DNA of 64,000 nucleotides from Perkinsus olseni (Eukaryota): NCBI GenBank assembly GCA_013115125.1, contig JABANN010000106.1, positions 1 to 64,000 of the forward strand, read 5' to 3'. Shown piece by piece: positions 1 to 13,549 of this stretch (position 1 is its first letter; each line of letters starts with the position of its first letter). The notes under the pieces were generated by a model. It saw only the letters and a program-made list of their open reading frames with translations, ran no database searches and was not told where the DNA came from. The position numbers and the translations under genes were made by a program.

Positions 1-870
1 CATTTTTGATTCTGATCCTTGATCCGTGAGACAAATTCGTGATCCGTGATCCGTGGATCGCGGATCTGAGAAACTCTCGGCCTCGTTGAGAAATTTCGGT
101 GATCCATGATCCACTAGCTCAGTGGATCAAAGTAGGTTATCCGAATCATTCAAAGGTACGAATGCATGATCCGAAAATCGTCTCACGCACAGAAGCACTC
201 TGTATTACCGTGTTACAGAGGCCCGATCCTGTTACTGCGCCATTCCTTAGCGGTACCCTCAAGTTGATCTGATCCTCGATCTCCCTGGGTCTTAGATCAG
301 TAATTTAAATAGTCAACGGTGAGGATAGAACCCGGGACGTGTGCGTGTCCGACCGACGACCTAACCTGCCGGGCTGTTTAGCCGGACCCCGATCGAAACG
401 CGACGAATGAGCCAAGAGAGCCAGACTCCCATTTTACCTAACCGTGCCCAATTCTAAGGCCTACGTGCTCCGATCCGTGGGACCTGATCCGTCGACTCCC
501 TCAGCTGAGTCATAAACAAGTATTCTGATCCTCAAATATGAGATCCACGTGCGATCTGATCCATGGATAGTGATTCGGATACGTGGATCACCCACTTGAT
601 CGTGATAAACGGTACTCGAGACAAAACTTAGGAAAATAGTGGAAAGAATCAAGACCTGATCCATCCGTCTGATTTTTTTCTCAGGATCAGCCGTTTTCCG
701 TATTCGTTTGGCCGAATAGCCCACCCCCATGAGTGTGACTTCTAACGAAACAGCAGAGCTTACATACTGAAGGGGGAGAAGGGCCTAACCGTACAGATAT
801 GCTTGATGGAAGCGGCAACCAAAAAATACAAGGGGAGCCCTGGGCGAAAAAATGACGGGCCTGATCCACT
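1..870. repeat. GATC/GATCC-rich non-coding tract (possible transposon subterminal repeats or LTR)
   Basis: About 25 GATC sites by eye in 870 bp, in recurring contexts (gatccgtg, tgatcc, ggatc); no credible ORF. Confidence 0.5.
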
Positions 871-892
871 CGGCTAAGAGCATATCACGAGG

Positions 893-2976
893 TCAACGTC
901 GCTGTAGTCCTCCAAATCCTGGCTTCGGGGGATTGTACGGCCGCAGACCCACTCCATTCTGCGGAGGGGTACTCGGTGGCTGCCAACGGTTCTGCTGCTG
1001 CTGCGACCCTTGGTATGCCTGCTGAGCCGGACGAGCACCCCACCCTTGCTGTTGCGGAGTAGTATGCTGGTTGTAGGGGGCGCCTTGCCCTCTAGCACTC
1101 GTAGGATAAGGAGAATTAGGCTGCTGCGCTGGGAAGCTGCCGCCGCTACTGCTGCTCGTGTAAGGGGATTGCTGCTGTTGCCGCGGTTGCTGCTGCTCCA
1201 CGTAATTCCATGAGCTGTTGCTATTGTTCCAGCTGCCCATCGAGTTCGCCGCGCTGGAGTAACCGCTGCTCTGCCCTGATCGGCTGCCGTACGGCCTAGC
1301 GCCAGGCGCCGGTTGCTGCTGCTGGTAGTTCGGCCCGTTAGTGTACTGAGCGGGACCTTGTTGCCCGGGGCCTTGCATGAATGGTGTGGAAGGCTCCGAG
1401 TTGAGGATGCTGTCGAAATCCAGACCGTCGTCCTTGGCGTTGCCGGGGCCAAATATAGCGGAGGTGCTCACTTCATCATCTTCGAACAGTGTTGCTACAC
1501 CCGTACTTCGTCGAGTGAAACTCGTATCGCCAGAATCATCGCCCTTCTTTTGCTTCGCTCCGCCCTTGAGTGAGCCAGCACGGCCTCTTTCGCCACCGGT
1601 TGTCTCTGGCGAAAAACTTACAGTTGCACCCTGAGCGAAATAACAGTGTGCCCGGTCAAACAACTCCAAGGTGGCAGACAGCAAATCGCAGGATGCTGTA
1701 TGTCACCCGAGAAATCGGGCTTGGCCTCTCACCTGCGCGCCCTTAGGTTGCACGTGGTCGCCATCCGGTGTGCTGATGGCGAAGACTGCAGCATTCCCCG
1801 TGTTAGAGACACCATGGCCGACAATCGGGGAGGCGGTGTCGCTGCCCTGAATGATAAAAAGAGTGTTGCGATTCTCGAGAGACAGCAGAGCCGAAGGCCT
1901 ACCCAGAAGTCATCGGGTGGAGTTTGCCTGCCGTCAGCTGTCCGCTGCTGATCCACGGGAGATGCCAAGGCTTTCCCTTTACCCTGGCAAGGAAGCGTTT
2001 CACAACACTAGTGATGCAATGTGATCATTCGGTTCCTTCGAGTCAGACGAGAAGTGCGCTACACCGCCGAAGTGGCGTAACAGAAGGTGTCTGTTCTATC
2101 GCAAGAGCCTACCGCAGCATCAGCAAGCTTCGGTTCACTGGAGTGTTTGTGGAGACTATCGTGGGAGACGTCGGCTGTTCTGATGTCCTCTGCTGTTCCT
2201 TCGTCAGCCACATCAGCGCTATCGGCGGAAAAAGTTGAGGGCTTTCGAGTCCCCTCAGGGCCCTAATGGAGACAAATGAACTTCCCAAATGAATGAATAC
2301 CCTACCTCAGTCGAGGTCACCATCAGTTTCGGTACACCGGAAGGCGACTTGGATTCGACCACAGGCACTTTCTTGTCCATAACAAGCGCCTTTGTGTCAG
2401 CTGGCGGCGGCCTAGCCTCGACCACTGGTGCCTTCGTATCAGCTGGCGGCGGCCTAGCGTCGACCACTGGTGCCTTCGTATCAGCTGGCGGCGGCCTAGC
2501 GTCGACCACTGGTGCCTTCGTATCAGCTGGCGGCGGCCTAGCGTCGACCACTGGTGCCTTAGCATTGCCCTTTAGTGCCTCCTTATCGGGTACAGCCTCG
2601 GGTGCCGTAGCATCGGTCACAGGGGCCTTGGCATCGGCTACAGGTGGCTTAGTATCGACCTTCTGGACAGGTTTCGAAGCCCCTGACGGCGGAGCTTCAG
2701 CTGTGACACGAGATGGAGGAAAGGACGGGGTCTCTGGAGGATGCTATGGAGTATGGGTTTGCGGAGTCGCCAGTCACTCACCAGCATTGGCCAACTTTTC
2801 CAGGCGGGCCAACCGCTCTGTCTGCTCGTTAAGTTCCTGCTTCTTAGCCTCAGCCAGCGCCGTCGCTTCCTTGAGGGCTCGACCAGACTCTTCAGACCGG
2901 GCTTGCTCTCGGGTCAGGCTTTCGGCGAGATGCGACCTGAGAAGGCCGAGGCTCACTCTGAAGATGGACGCTCACT
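893..2976 (-). CDS. Spliced hypothetical protein with a Pro-rich tandem repeat and a Q/S/G/Y-rich low-complexity C-terminus
   Basis: Collinear minus-strand ORFs 2774-2956 (coiled coil), 2255-2620 and 893-1684, separated by GT..AG segments. No family recognised. Confidence 0.45.
2388..2560 (-). repeat. 42-bp coding tandem repeat, about 4 copies (ADTKAPVVDARPPP)
   Basis: Unit gccttcgtatcagctggcggcggcctagcgtcgaccactggt repeated almost perfectly. Confidence 0.95.
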
Positions 2977-3492
2977 GACGTGATTACTTTTCGTCCCGCA
3001 AAGCTTCGATCTGGGCACGTAGCTTCTGTAAGTCCCCCGATAATCCGGAACTCTTCGCCTTCTCCGCTTCTAAATCGGAGCGGAGATCAGGATCTGACGG
3101 ACAATCAGCTGATCTGCCGGGATGAGCCCACCCAGAGATTTGCCACTACAATAAAGCGAAAACGAGCCGACAAGCACCTTTTCCGTTCAGAGTGATGATA
3201 AGTGTAGAGAGAGACCCAACAACCAATGATTAAGAACTACAGAGTGTTGCGAAAGAAGTTTCCTTCTCGAATCACTCTCCTTCGGACGTGGTTCGCAAAT
3301 TTTTGGGGCTCCGAAAAAGATCGCTCGCTATAGAGTTCGTAGCAGCACTTCGAAGATTTGGTAGGAAAGTCCAATTCCGAGAACGCGGGCAATTCGGGTG
3401 CAATAGAAGAGAACAGAGTCTACTGTACGAATGACAATGGAGGCGCTTATCTCGTGTTGAGCGACTTTTGCCGAGTCACTCGGCAAGAGTGG

Positions 3493-5230
3493 TTAGGAGT
3501 CGCTCGCCTTACTACATTCAGGCTTGATAGGTGATCTTGGCGAATCCGAAGAGACTGAGCGTGGTGACAGAGGTGACGCTTTCAAGTGGTCCAACTCAAA
3601 GTTGAGCGCATTCCTGAGATGAATCACAAGTGCCGACCCAGAAGAGAGCTTCCGTGAGAGGGATATTGCGACAACGCCCTCACCGAAACCACAGGGGACC
3701 GCTACTCGCTCGGCTATCCCAGTTGACACGAACTTCCACTCACTTTTGTGCCTTCAGTTCTCTCACTTCCGCCCTCAAGCGGAATATGGTCTGCTCAGCG
3801 TTCCGAAGGTTGCCGTTCAGCTCTTGCTCGCGCTCCTCAAATATAGACTGGTCAGGCCCGACTCGATCCTGAGGGAAAATCATCGGTTACTGCTTCGCTC
3901 CGCCTTCTCCGATCCTACCATCTCCTGAAGTTCCGCTCGAGCTCTGTCACGCTCATCCTCAGCTGATCTCAGCTGATCATTCATGTCAGCAAGGACCGAC
4001 GCAGATGTCCTGAAACATGAGGGTCCCCCGCTACAACAAAATCTTGAGAAAAATCATTCTGCTGGACGCAGCGGAGCGAAGCAGAGAGCAAGGGGGCCTT
4101 ACTCGGCCTTCCGCTGCTGCTCCATGGCATCCTCTTGAGCCTCTTGTAGTCGTTTCTCGAGCTCCGCATAATCGTCCTAAACAGGTCATAGTTGTTCATG
4201 ATAGCAAACTGGTCTGAATCTAGCTCGCTCACATCGCTGTGCTTGAGCACAGGCTCAGGTACCGCGTCCGTCTGCGTCTTCCTACTCACAACGTCCAACT
4301 CATCTGTCTGAGAGAACTCAGCCTGCTTCTGGATCACCTGGAAAAACCAAACAAGTGAGAGGGCATCGAGATAATGATAGCAACGCTCTCTGGCGACAAC
4401 GCTTTTGGAAGGGAAGGAAATAGCGACCTACCCCAGTCTCAGTTGCAGTATCGACACCCTTCTCCTTGGGCTCGTTGTCGCGCAGGTCCCCACCCAGCGA
4501 GTCTCGAGGTGTACCCCGAGGACTCGGCGCCACCGGTGGTTTTCCTGCTGCTGCGTTCTGACGCGAGAGGAGATCAACCTGAAGTCACCAGAGCTCTCGA
4601 GTTCGATCCCTGCAAATGACATTTCCCACCCGCGCCAAAAACTCCCGTCGTTGTCGCAACTTCGCTATTTGTTCTCGTTTCGCCTGATGAAAATTAACTC
4701 CACCGCTCCAACCGATCTACCTGCATTTACCGTTGCCGAGAAAGTCGAGGCGGAGATGCTCTGCGCGCTGCTATTAAGCCTCTCATTCCTCGAAGCCCCA
4801 CTAGGGCTATCTCCCATCATCCGGAGGGACATACCAGTTGGAGAGGCGTCCCCTTTACGAGGTGGCAGCGGAGGTGTACTCGCTGGTGCATACATATCAA
4901 TCGTCGGATGGGTAAAAATAACCGACTAACAACAACGTCGACAAGTCGCTACACAAAACTCCCGTAGTATTAAAGGAAGAGTGTCCATCAGTACCCCTCG
5001 GAAAAATCTTCTCTGAACTAATTCCACCGACGAGACGGAGGAGCTCCCCGCCTGCAAGACACGGCTTCAGTAATGTCTTCTTTCTTGAGCATGACATCAT
5101 CACCCTCATTTTTGACAACTTCGCACAGTAGACGACTATAATCACCTTCACGGACCTTCCGATAGGTCGCTTCGGTGTACGACAGCATGAGCGGCGGTCA
5201 ACAGTGCGGGAAAGTCAGCCGCGCCAGAAA
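3493..5230 (-). CDS. Spliced hypothetical coiled-coil protein
   Basis: Frame continues across a GT-AG intron at 4579-4629 (..KLRQRREFLAR|VDLLSRQNAAAGKPPVAPSPRG..); coiled-coil exons near 3750-3980. Ends uncertain. Confidence 0.4.
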
Positions 5231-6999
5231 AGCTTCACCGAACTGGCAGCCATAGACGGTCGATAGCTGCTACACTGAAGAAAACACCAAGGCCCCTCTC
5301 CCAACACGACAGCGGAGCGAAATCAAATGTGATGAAACTTTGCGGACGGACCCTCGGAGTACCCAGGGGAAGTGTCGAGAGGAAAACAGTCAATGATACA
5401 GATGTTGCAAAAAACTGCAACCGAAACCCTAGTCGTCAACGCTGCATTCGTCACGCGCCACGTAATTATCTTCCGGTAGTTCAAGTACTATTCGATGCGG
5501 TAGAAAGCGTCGAAGGCATCTTATTCAAGACCACGCTGTCTTCTGGAGACGAGTGCTCCTCCTGTGTCAAGCGGCCAAGGCACCAATCTCTCTGAGCACA
5601 CGCCAAATCATGGTTATGCACTGCGGTCTGGTACCTAGGAGAAGAACAAAAGAAGCATACTCATCCAGCCATTCGTCGTAGTGCGACTAGTGCTAAGGGT
5701 CGAGTCACTGCGCCACAACACGCACAACTGGAGTATTATTCTAGTCAGTACTCTCCACGTACATACTGTGGTAACATGACGGGAGAGCGAATCGGCGACT
5801 AAGATTTTAATTAGCAACTCATAGGCGAGGTTCGAACCAGGGACCTCGGAGAAGTATAGAAGCTTGGAGATCATCAGAGCCAGCTGCTTACATGCTGTCC
5901 AGTGCCGCGTTGTGCATCCGCAAGTTATCAACTTCGCGCTTCAACTTCGCTGACTCCTCCAGTTGTGCTGTCCGCGTGTTCGTCTGAGGATACAAAATAG
6001 CGAAACTGCCTCAAAAAAATCCAAACTGACGTGACCGTTCTACAATTGGCCGTGCAAGAGTCTTATTACCAGCTCTTCGTTGACAACCCCCTTGAGCATC
6101 TTTGTATTCGACATCTCATCCTCCCGCTCGTCCATCAAATCACGCAACACCATCTCCAGATGAGAGCACTTCTTCTGCAGCACTCTCACCATGACGTCGA
6201 GATCAACGGAACCTACTCCACACGACAACTATCCAGGCGATGGATCTAGACAGGTAGGAGTGAGGCGAATGCCCTTCAGCTATACTACGCACTCGCCGAG
6301 AGGCAAAAGACAGTTAAATGCACGGACGGAATATGCCGCTTCATACCGGCCTACAGTGGGTTCGGGTTAGATATGGGAGTCGATTAGAATGCCGTAAACC
6401 GGGAATGAATAAACAACGCACAATGACGAACTCGTCACTGTAGCTAAAACAGAGGGCAAATGATTCATCTCTTTGAGTACAAAAATCGTGATTGATTTCA
6501 TATCAATATTTTCTGATTTTTCTTAGCGAAACTGTCAGCTAAATGCACGATGAGACAGACCCGCTATTTTTTCATCTGCGCCCGCGATCTATTACAAGCG
6601 CACTCTCTAATAGCAGTTTGCAATGACAGCGCCCCCACTCAACCCAATGAACCCCTGCAGGATGCAGCACACTCACCACTATTGAGATCCTCCTCAGATA
6701 TCTCGCTGTCCCCGCTAGAAGACACCGTCTGTAGACTCTTGCGAGCGTCGGTAACCGCAGACCGTTCTCCAGAGCCGGACGAGTGATGGTGAGGTTTCAC
6801 CGTGGTAACTCCGCTCATGAGAGAACTGAACTTTATCTTTTTACTCTTCCGTGACTTGTGGGTCGAGCTCCCATCTAAGCATGAAATGATCCACCCCCCC
6901 CCCCTCCCCCATCCCCGCTTCCACTCACTTGAGACTGCGGTGGTGGTAGTGGAAATCTCCGCTTTCGAGCCTCCGCTGGGTATCGCTATCTCCTGTAGC

Positions 7000-8560
7000 C
7001 ACGCGTCCTTCAGTTGCATCTGGAGCTGCTCACACTCATGCCGTGATGCTTGGAACCTGACAGATCCCCATCGACGACAATATCACCATCAACGCTGATG
7101 AGCTCACCTCTCAGTAGCCTGTTTCAACTGACTTCGCAGCTCGACCACTTCGAGCTTCTGCTGCATCATCTCCTGGAACTCATCCCGAGACACCAGCAGC
7201 GACTCCTCCGTCACGCTTGGCGAGTACCTAACGTTTCAAGTCGTACCGGCGACGAACATATCGAAAGCTGTCTGATCCGATACCGCCCGTCGACTCGCCA
7301 GACTCGTGAAGGTAGCCATATTTCCCCGCCTCAACTTCGCAACAGGTAAAACCATGCAAGCGCAGATTCCTCAGGCTTCCCGCGAGGCAACCCTCCTATC
7401 ACCACACTACCTCCATGCACGGGACGACAAGACTGTTCTTTCCAACACTTCCTTCCCTTCGAACATGATACGCCCAGGAAGCATACTGCTAGAAGCCCTG
7501 GTCACAGTCGATGACCCTACCAAGAATTGAACCTCCGCCAATGGATCCTAAGACCGTCCCTCTAACCAACTGCCTTACCGCTCTTCGATTCGCTGTTATA
7601 CACCCCTCCGATGAGCCACGGCTGGTTAGCGGCCTCCTGTCCGCATACACACCCCTGGAAGCCTTGGTCCACTTCCAGCTGGAGGGAATCCCTCCGTGAC
7701 ACCGTCGCCGTCGTGGCAGTAGATGGCCGCCGCCGTGAGCTCGAGGCGCTATAGTGGCAGTCCGGCACCTACCGCGATGACCTCAACCGGGCGAGTTCAC
7801 GAGACGAAAGCCGCGCCAGAGCATACAAGTTTCCCGAACCTAGGCCTCTCTGATCCCCCCAGCTGACCTACCCCAGCTAGCATCGGTAGCTGCGCCATTA
7901 TGTCGAATACCGATCCCTGCGGTATCGCTCGTGTAACCAACGCATTGGGCACTGCTATTCCCCACGACCCATCAGAAAGGCTGAAACACGATCGCTTCCG
8001 GTTGAATCCCCCCCGAGGGCATTCTACCTCAGCATTGTGTCCCTCATACAGAGCCTCATCCTCCACTCTGGTTCCACTGAGTCCACCCCGTCGCTAACAG
8101 CGGCAGCAGCGGTTGGGGAGAGGACCCCGCCGTCATGAAGGAGACTCTCGTCAGCATTCTCGGGCACCTGCCCGACCCCCGCGATCAGACCATCTGAGAA
8201 AAGATATCCTCTGCTTCCGGAAGAATGCTACGAGGGAGTTCGCAGACCGCCTGCTACCACGCTGGAGAAACGACCCGTCCCTTGAATATTCAGACGCAGG
8301 TTCGATCCCGGGATCGGACATCTGGCCGTTATTACTAATCAAGCCAGTCACTTCACCCCAAGCTGCATCTCCGTTAAAAGTAAAACCGTGTAGGCATCCT
8401 TCCAGGGGTCGAGCCTAAGCAGTGGAAGGCATCACACTCTACGCTCATCATCCACGCGCAATCAGTATCACATAGCTGGCCTCAAACTGAGGATCCCCCG
8501 GTTTGGCTTCGATCTTCCCTGTTGACTTGGTCGACTCAGTGCAGGCCAGGAAACGTGCAG
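7000..8560 (+). mobile_element. Decayed LTR-retrotransposon gag-pro(-RT start) relic
   Basis: Degenerate zinc knuckle (RQTREGSH, codons cgc/cgt one change from Cys) near 7296; retropepsin-like 'VAVDGRRRELEAL*WQSGT' near 7710; many stops and frameshifts. Confidence 0.45.
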
Positions 8561-8799
8561 GCACCTAGTAGTTCACTCAACTGTACAATAATTACATACG
8601 ATCTTCGTCAAGACCGTATCAGCTTCTGGAACGCAATGTAGGTGGGACCACGAAATTTACGAGGCTGCTTGCCCGTTCTCAATGCGACTGAGCTAACTAC
8701 CTGATTTTTTGATCTCCACTTGATGGTCAACCCCTTCCACTTTTTCTTTGCAACTTCATCGTCGCCCTCAACAGCCTCTCGGGCTCCCGGATGATGGCC

Positions 8800-10950
8800 C
8801 GGCAACCGCGTCCTCAGCACCCAACGGGAACCGCGCTCCAGAAGAAGCTAAGAAGATTACATGTAGGCGGAGAAGCGCGGAAAACCTGACGCTGCTCTGA
8901 TAACACACCCGATACAGAGCCGAGGTGACAACAGCCGCGGAAAGTTCCCCGTAGAACGTCCAGTGCAAGTCCATTGAAACGCTTCTTCACAGCGGCAGCA
9001 GAGTCTGCACTGCTAACGGGTTATGGCACTATTTTGCTGTGATTCAACCGATGACAATCATGTACGCATCGCAACTGTGATTCTCACCATATCCCAAAAC
9101 CCTCAGTACCTGTCCGCTGGTTATGATACTTGTAGATGCCACCGGCTCGAATGGACACAGTACTCGGCTGCAGAGAGATTTCGCGATCTGAACAAGATCG
9201 TAGTCCAGCGCTGAACGACAAATTCAGCGAACAGCGAATCTTGATGGCCTCTGCATGAAACTTAGCTGAGCCGCAAGAGTTTCATACGGCCAAACGAGTA
9301 AATATCGAGTAGGGTACTATGCATATCCACTACGCATACAAATGAGACACTGTACTGTACCAATCTCACTTGTATGAACTTCTCCGATTGACTTGCAAAG
9401 CACGCTACCATCACCAGCTGTGGCCGTCCGTAAGCATTCTCGTTCTGAGAACTTTGATCATACTCGCGAAAGACGAATCTTGTGGACACTTCACCTGAAC
9501 AGAGTAACGGGAATTTCATGGGTAGGCTCCTCCGTTCTTCGTAAGAAGAGAATAAAGAGAGCATTGCAGAACCAAAACCCGGGGTTCTCCTTGCATGAGT
9601 TTTAACCATGGGTATGCCAATTCAGAGTCGAGGCCCTCGACGCAAAACGAAGTTCGACCATACCCCCGGTCCCAAAAGGAGAGGACCGTGCCGTGCTATC
9701 CCCAACAACTCATGACCATCGACCATCTTCGACATCGGGCGGACGAAGAACAACAACGAAAGTGGCCAAACCTGGGTCCAGGACGCGGAGACCATAGTCG
9801 CAAATAGATCGTATCGAATAACTCCACAACGAAGAGGCCAAAGCGACCATATCAGACATAGGCCAGCTAGCGATAGCCTTCGCCATGTGTGGCGTTTGGC
9901 ATGGGGTCTATGTTCGTTGCGTAGCGTAGCCCGTTCGCTTAATCCGTCTCTGTAACCGATTTATCCCTTTCTGGCAGTGGCTAATCCCTTTCTAGCAGCG
10001 AATTTTCCCTTTCTGGCAGTGGCTAATCCCTTTCTAGCAGTAAATTTTCCCTCTCTAGCACCGGCCGTGAGCTTTTCCGTCTTGACACCGTAGAAGTTAG
10101 TTCAGTACTGATTGTGAAGACTCTTGGCTGAACAGTATACTTCGCCGAGCACAGCGAACTACACTGCGTGATGTGCATATCGAACTGCCCTGCTATTAAA
10201 TCCGCTTCTGCACGAGCAGCTGCTAAGCGAGCAGGCGCTTGAAATTGTAGGAGAACTCCCAGAACTAAGTTAGATGGCGCGGCCACACGTGGCCCCAGGT
10301 TCTCATGCTGTAGGAGTCGCCTAATTCTGTAATTTGCGTTACGCTCGTAGGACTTCATGTCCATTTCCTACATCGCAGGCATACATTGCCATTCTATGAT
10401 GTAAATCTAGATGTATACTGCTGATCTAAACATATACTACACTAGATTCATCTGAAAATAAGCAGTCAATGACAACGACAGCCTTAACGGCCTCAGGCAT
10501 GGCCGGATCCGTCATGTCCCTGTCGAGCTGAGCAGCCACTTCATTACAAGTGCTGATCCAGGACGAGTTGGTGATTACCCCCAGAAAAATGGAGCTATGC
10601 ACACTCATTGCCGATGAATCATAATGAGCGCTTCCAGCTAGCTATAACGGTAAGGTGCGCTCCCATGATGTACCTCTCCGAGAGGTTCGTGAGGCAGTGA
10701 TGAAAGGGAGAGTGCATACAGAGTGACGAAAGGAAGAGTACATAAAGTACCTCATTGCCCAGGAACACCCGCGGCAGCAGCCACGCTATGACCCTCGATC
10801 GATGTGGTACTCTCTGTAGAAACTGTAGCTGCAAATCCTGCGTGAGTCCCGGGGGCTCTCGGGCGCAGCTCACAACACACGAAAGCAGATTGACGGTCGC
10901 GGAAAAGGTGTGAAGACGATAGTGGTAAACTCCGCTGCATCATAATTGCT
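8800..10950 (-). mobile_element. Decayed gag/protease-like retroelement relic
   Basis: Stop-riddled collinear minus-strand fragments; protease-like 'TAGDGSVLCKSIGEVH' near 9400. Confidence 0.35.
9962..10060. repeat. 21/42-bp period tandem repeat
   Basis: tccctttctggcagtggctaa / tccctttctagcagcgaattt units repeated. Confidence 0.85.
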
Positions 10951-11229
10951 GATGGATTGGTTAAACGCTGACAACAGAATTAGGCCATAGAAAAGACGCA
11001 ACGGTTGGAATTTCGAGTTGGCTTTCGGGCATGGAAAGGATCTATTTGACCAGAGCGAGCACGGCAGCCGCCCGCACCAACCGCCGAACCTAGCCTAGGT
11101 CACCGCCCAGTCGAAAACCACTTCCGGTTGCGCTCACTTGAAGACCCCAACTTGAGTAAATGATATAAGTTCCCCGCCCTTACCGTCGCCTTTCTCCTCT
11201 TTCTCCTCCGCTATCTCCACTACGAATTC

Positions 11230-13346
11230 ATTGATGTGATAATGATTGAACCGCACCTCACAGACCTTATCCAGGATACGCAGCTCGGACATTCTTATCG
11301 AGTCGGCACCTGGAGACTACCATCGGCAACACGAGGAGCGTGAAAAGCTACGGATCCGGGTCCAAGTCCAGTGCTGAGCCGAGAGAATGTCTATGCGTAT
11401 CGTTCGAAAAGACCAAAATTGGGCGGTGGGATCATCTAATGAGGATAAGATACTCGATTCCCCACCAACGTACCCTTCATTTCGTCCTCGTCGGCCCACA
11501 GAGCAAATCCTTCAACGTCATCCGATTCCCTCTTGGCGGCCTCGTTCACTCCACTCGCTCGTTCATCATAAGATGCATACCGCTCATTAGCCTCCCGCTC
11601 TGAGAAATCATCGGCTGTGTGCGAGAATCCAGGGCTCTACGTCCTGCGCTACCATTCTCATCCTCGTCGGCTTCCTCATCGCCGGACCGTCCATGATCGC
11701 TACACGCATCCTGGAAGGATTCTCCAGACGATGACGACCGTCGCCGCCTTTCCCCCTCAGATGAAGCGTCGCTGAAGCTCGAGAGAGTTCGCACCACTGA
11801 GGGAAAACATTTGTCGCTTCGGTCCGCTTGCTCCTCTGTTTTACATTGTTCGTCATCGGGCGAAGTGCCCTCCTGCACCACTATGATCTCATCATCACCG
11901 TCCGCTTCCGTCGTCGGACTGGCCGCAGGGATATCCGATGCCTCTGGCGGTGGCGGTGGTGGCGGGGTCTCTCCATCCTCTTCCTCTGGTTCCTTCTGGC
12001 TGCTGACGTTGCCATCTTCATCTTTGGCGTGATGGCTGCTGCGTCTGTGGGACTGCGGTCCAATCGCTTGGGGGTTCATCATCGACTGAAGCCATTGAAA
12101 GGCTCCGTTCACGAGGCGGACGAGCATCAACTCGGAACCCAGGCTTCTGAACCCCATGGTTAAGTAACTCACTAGCGAATACCAATCCAATCGTAGCCCA
12201 CACAATTTTTCCACTTGATTTGTATTACCTTCGTCGCCTTTTGGAGGGTCTTCTGGCTCTTACTTGCGTTTTTCAGTACTTGTCCCATCATTGCATTCCC
12301 CACCTTCTTGGACTCTTTGAACATCTTCTTGCTGTAGTGAGACGCGCTTTTCATCACCTGAACATAGGATCTTACACATCTAGCGTGGAGTGTGCTCCAA
12401 CCCACCTCATTCGGGTTCGATGGATGCTTGTAATCATGACGATACGGCCGAACGACTGATTCGTATTCCGGGACCTGGGACAGCACACAAGATGGGATAC
12501 CCGCACGCTCGCATATCAGTAAAGTGAAAACAGGAACGGCCGACTAGCTATGGGCATCATCTCTAACCTCGGCATCGAGGTTGTGACATTGGACGCGGAC
12601 GCATTTAAACGCGCATGAGAATCGAAAAATACACTCTACTCACTCACAATTATCAGACATCCGTTCGTTGGGATTGAAGTTCAGGCCGTCGCCAAGCCTC
12701 CACTAGCGTCCGATACTACCTTGGGCAAGTTCCCTGCGATGTCGTCTTTGAAAGGGGCCCCGAAAGCTGAGAGGAACTCCATCAAGAATAGAATTCCGAC
12801 TCATCAAACAAACACGCGGGATTAATCTATCCGCGATGGATTTCGAGATGAACCGCCCTCGACAATTGACTGCCAAAGCAGAACCGGGCGATGCTTTGTC
12901 CACCCAGTCTTTCGCAAAGTCATTCCCAACCTGCCCCGCAACCAGTACGCCCCTCGCCCCCACTACTACCCTCATTCTCCTCATCGACTCTATCATTCAT
13001 CGCTCTCTTGCTCCGCTCCTGCTGTTGTTGCTTCTTCATCTCTGATGCCATGCTTTTGAACGCGTTCCCATCAACCCAGGAGTAGTGCAAGTGCCTACGA
13101 ATGGAGAAACTACAGCCTCCACACCACAGTACCCCTCCCAGAATGATGCAGTTTCTCGTCAATGATAAGAGAAGCCCGAAAGTTCCGATGAGAATCGCTA
13201 CGCAGCGACCATCCAAGGGGGGGCGGGTCGCGCGTAGTGATCGGGCCACGGCGTATCCTGAGCCCTCCGTCAACTACTCCCGGAGCCGTTCTCCACAGGA
13301 CCCGCAAGTAGCCGGAACCCTGTAAGTACCTGGCGTTCTTGGGCAA
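11230..13346 (-). CDS. Multi-exon hypothetical protein with an acidic/Pro-rich region
   Basis: Chain of minus-strand ORFs (13110-13346, 12920-13273, 12703-12996, 12172-12486, 11546-12214) with GT-AG boundaries; family not recognised. Confidence 0.45.
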
Positions 13347-13549
13347 GTTGTCGATGGGAATGTAAGTCGGCTGCGTGAGATCGTTAAAAATGTTGTACAG
13401 CTTGCCGACGGTAGACTAAACATAACGACGAGGCAGATGTAGAAGCCGAGGCATTGATGTGGGCAGTCCAAGGCATACCTTCGCTCCCTTGACCTTCAAC
13501 TCGTCCAGCCATATTGATAGACCACCGCCGCAGGTGAAAGGCAGTTTGG

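Noticed and set aside
2289-2978. Plus-strand 229-aa Gly/Ala/Ser repeat ORF
   Set aside because: Antisense shadow of the minus-strand repeat exon.
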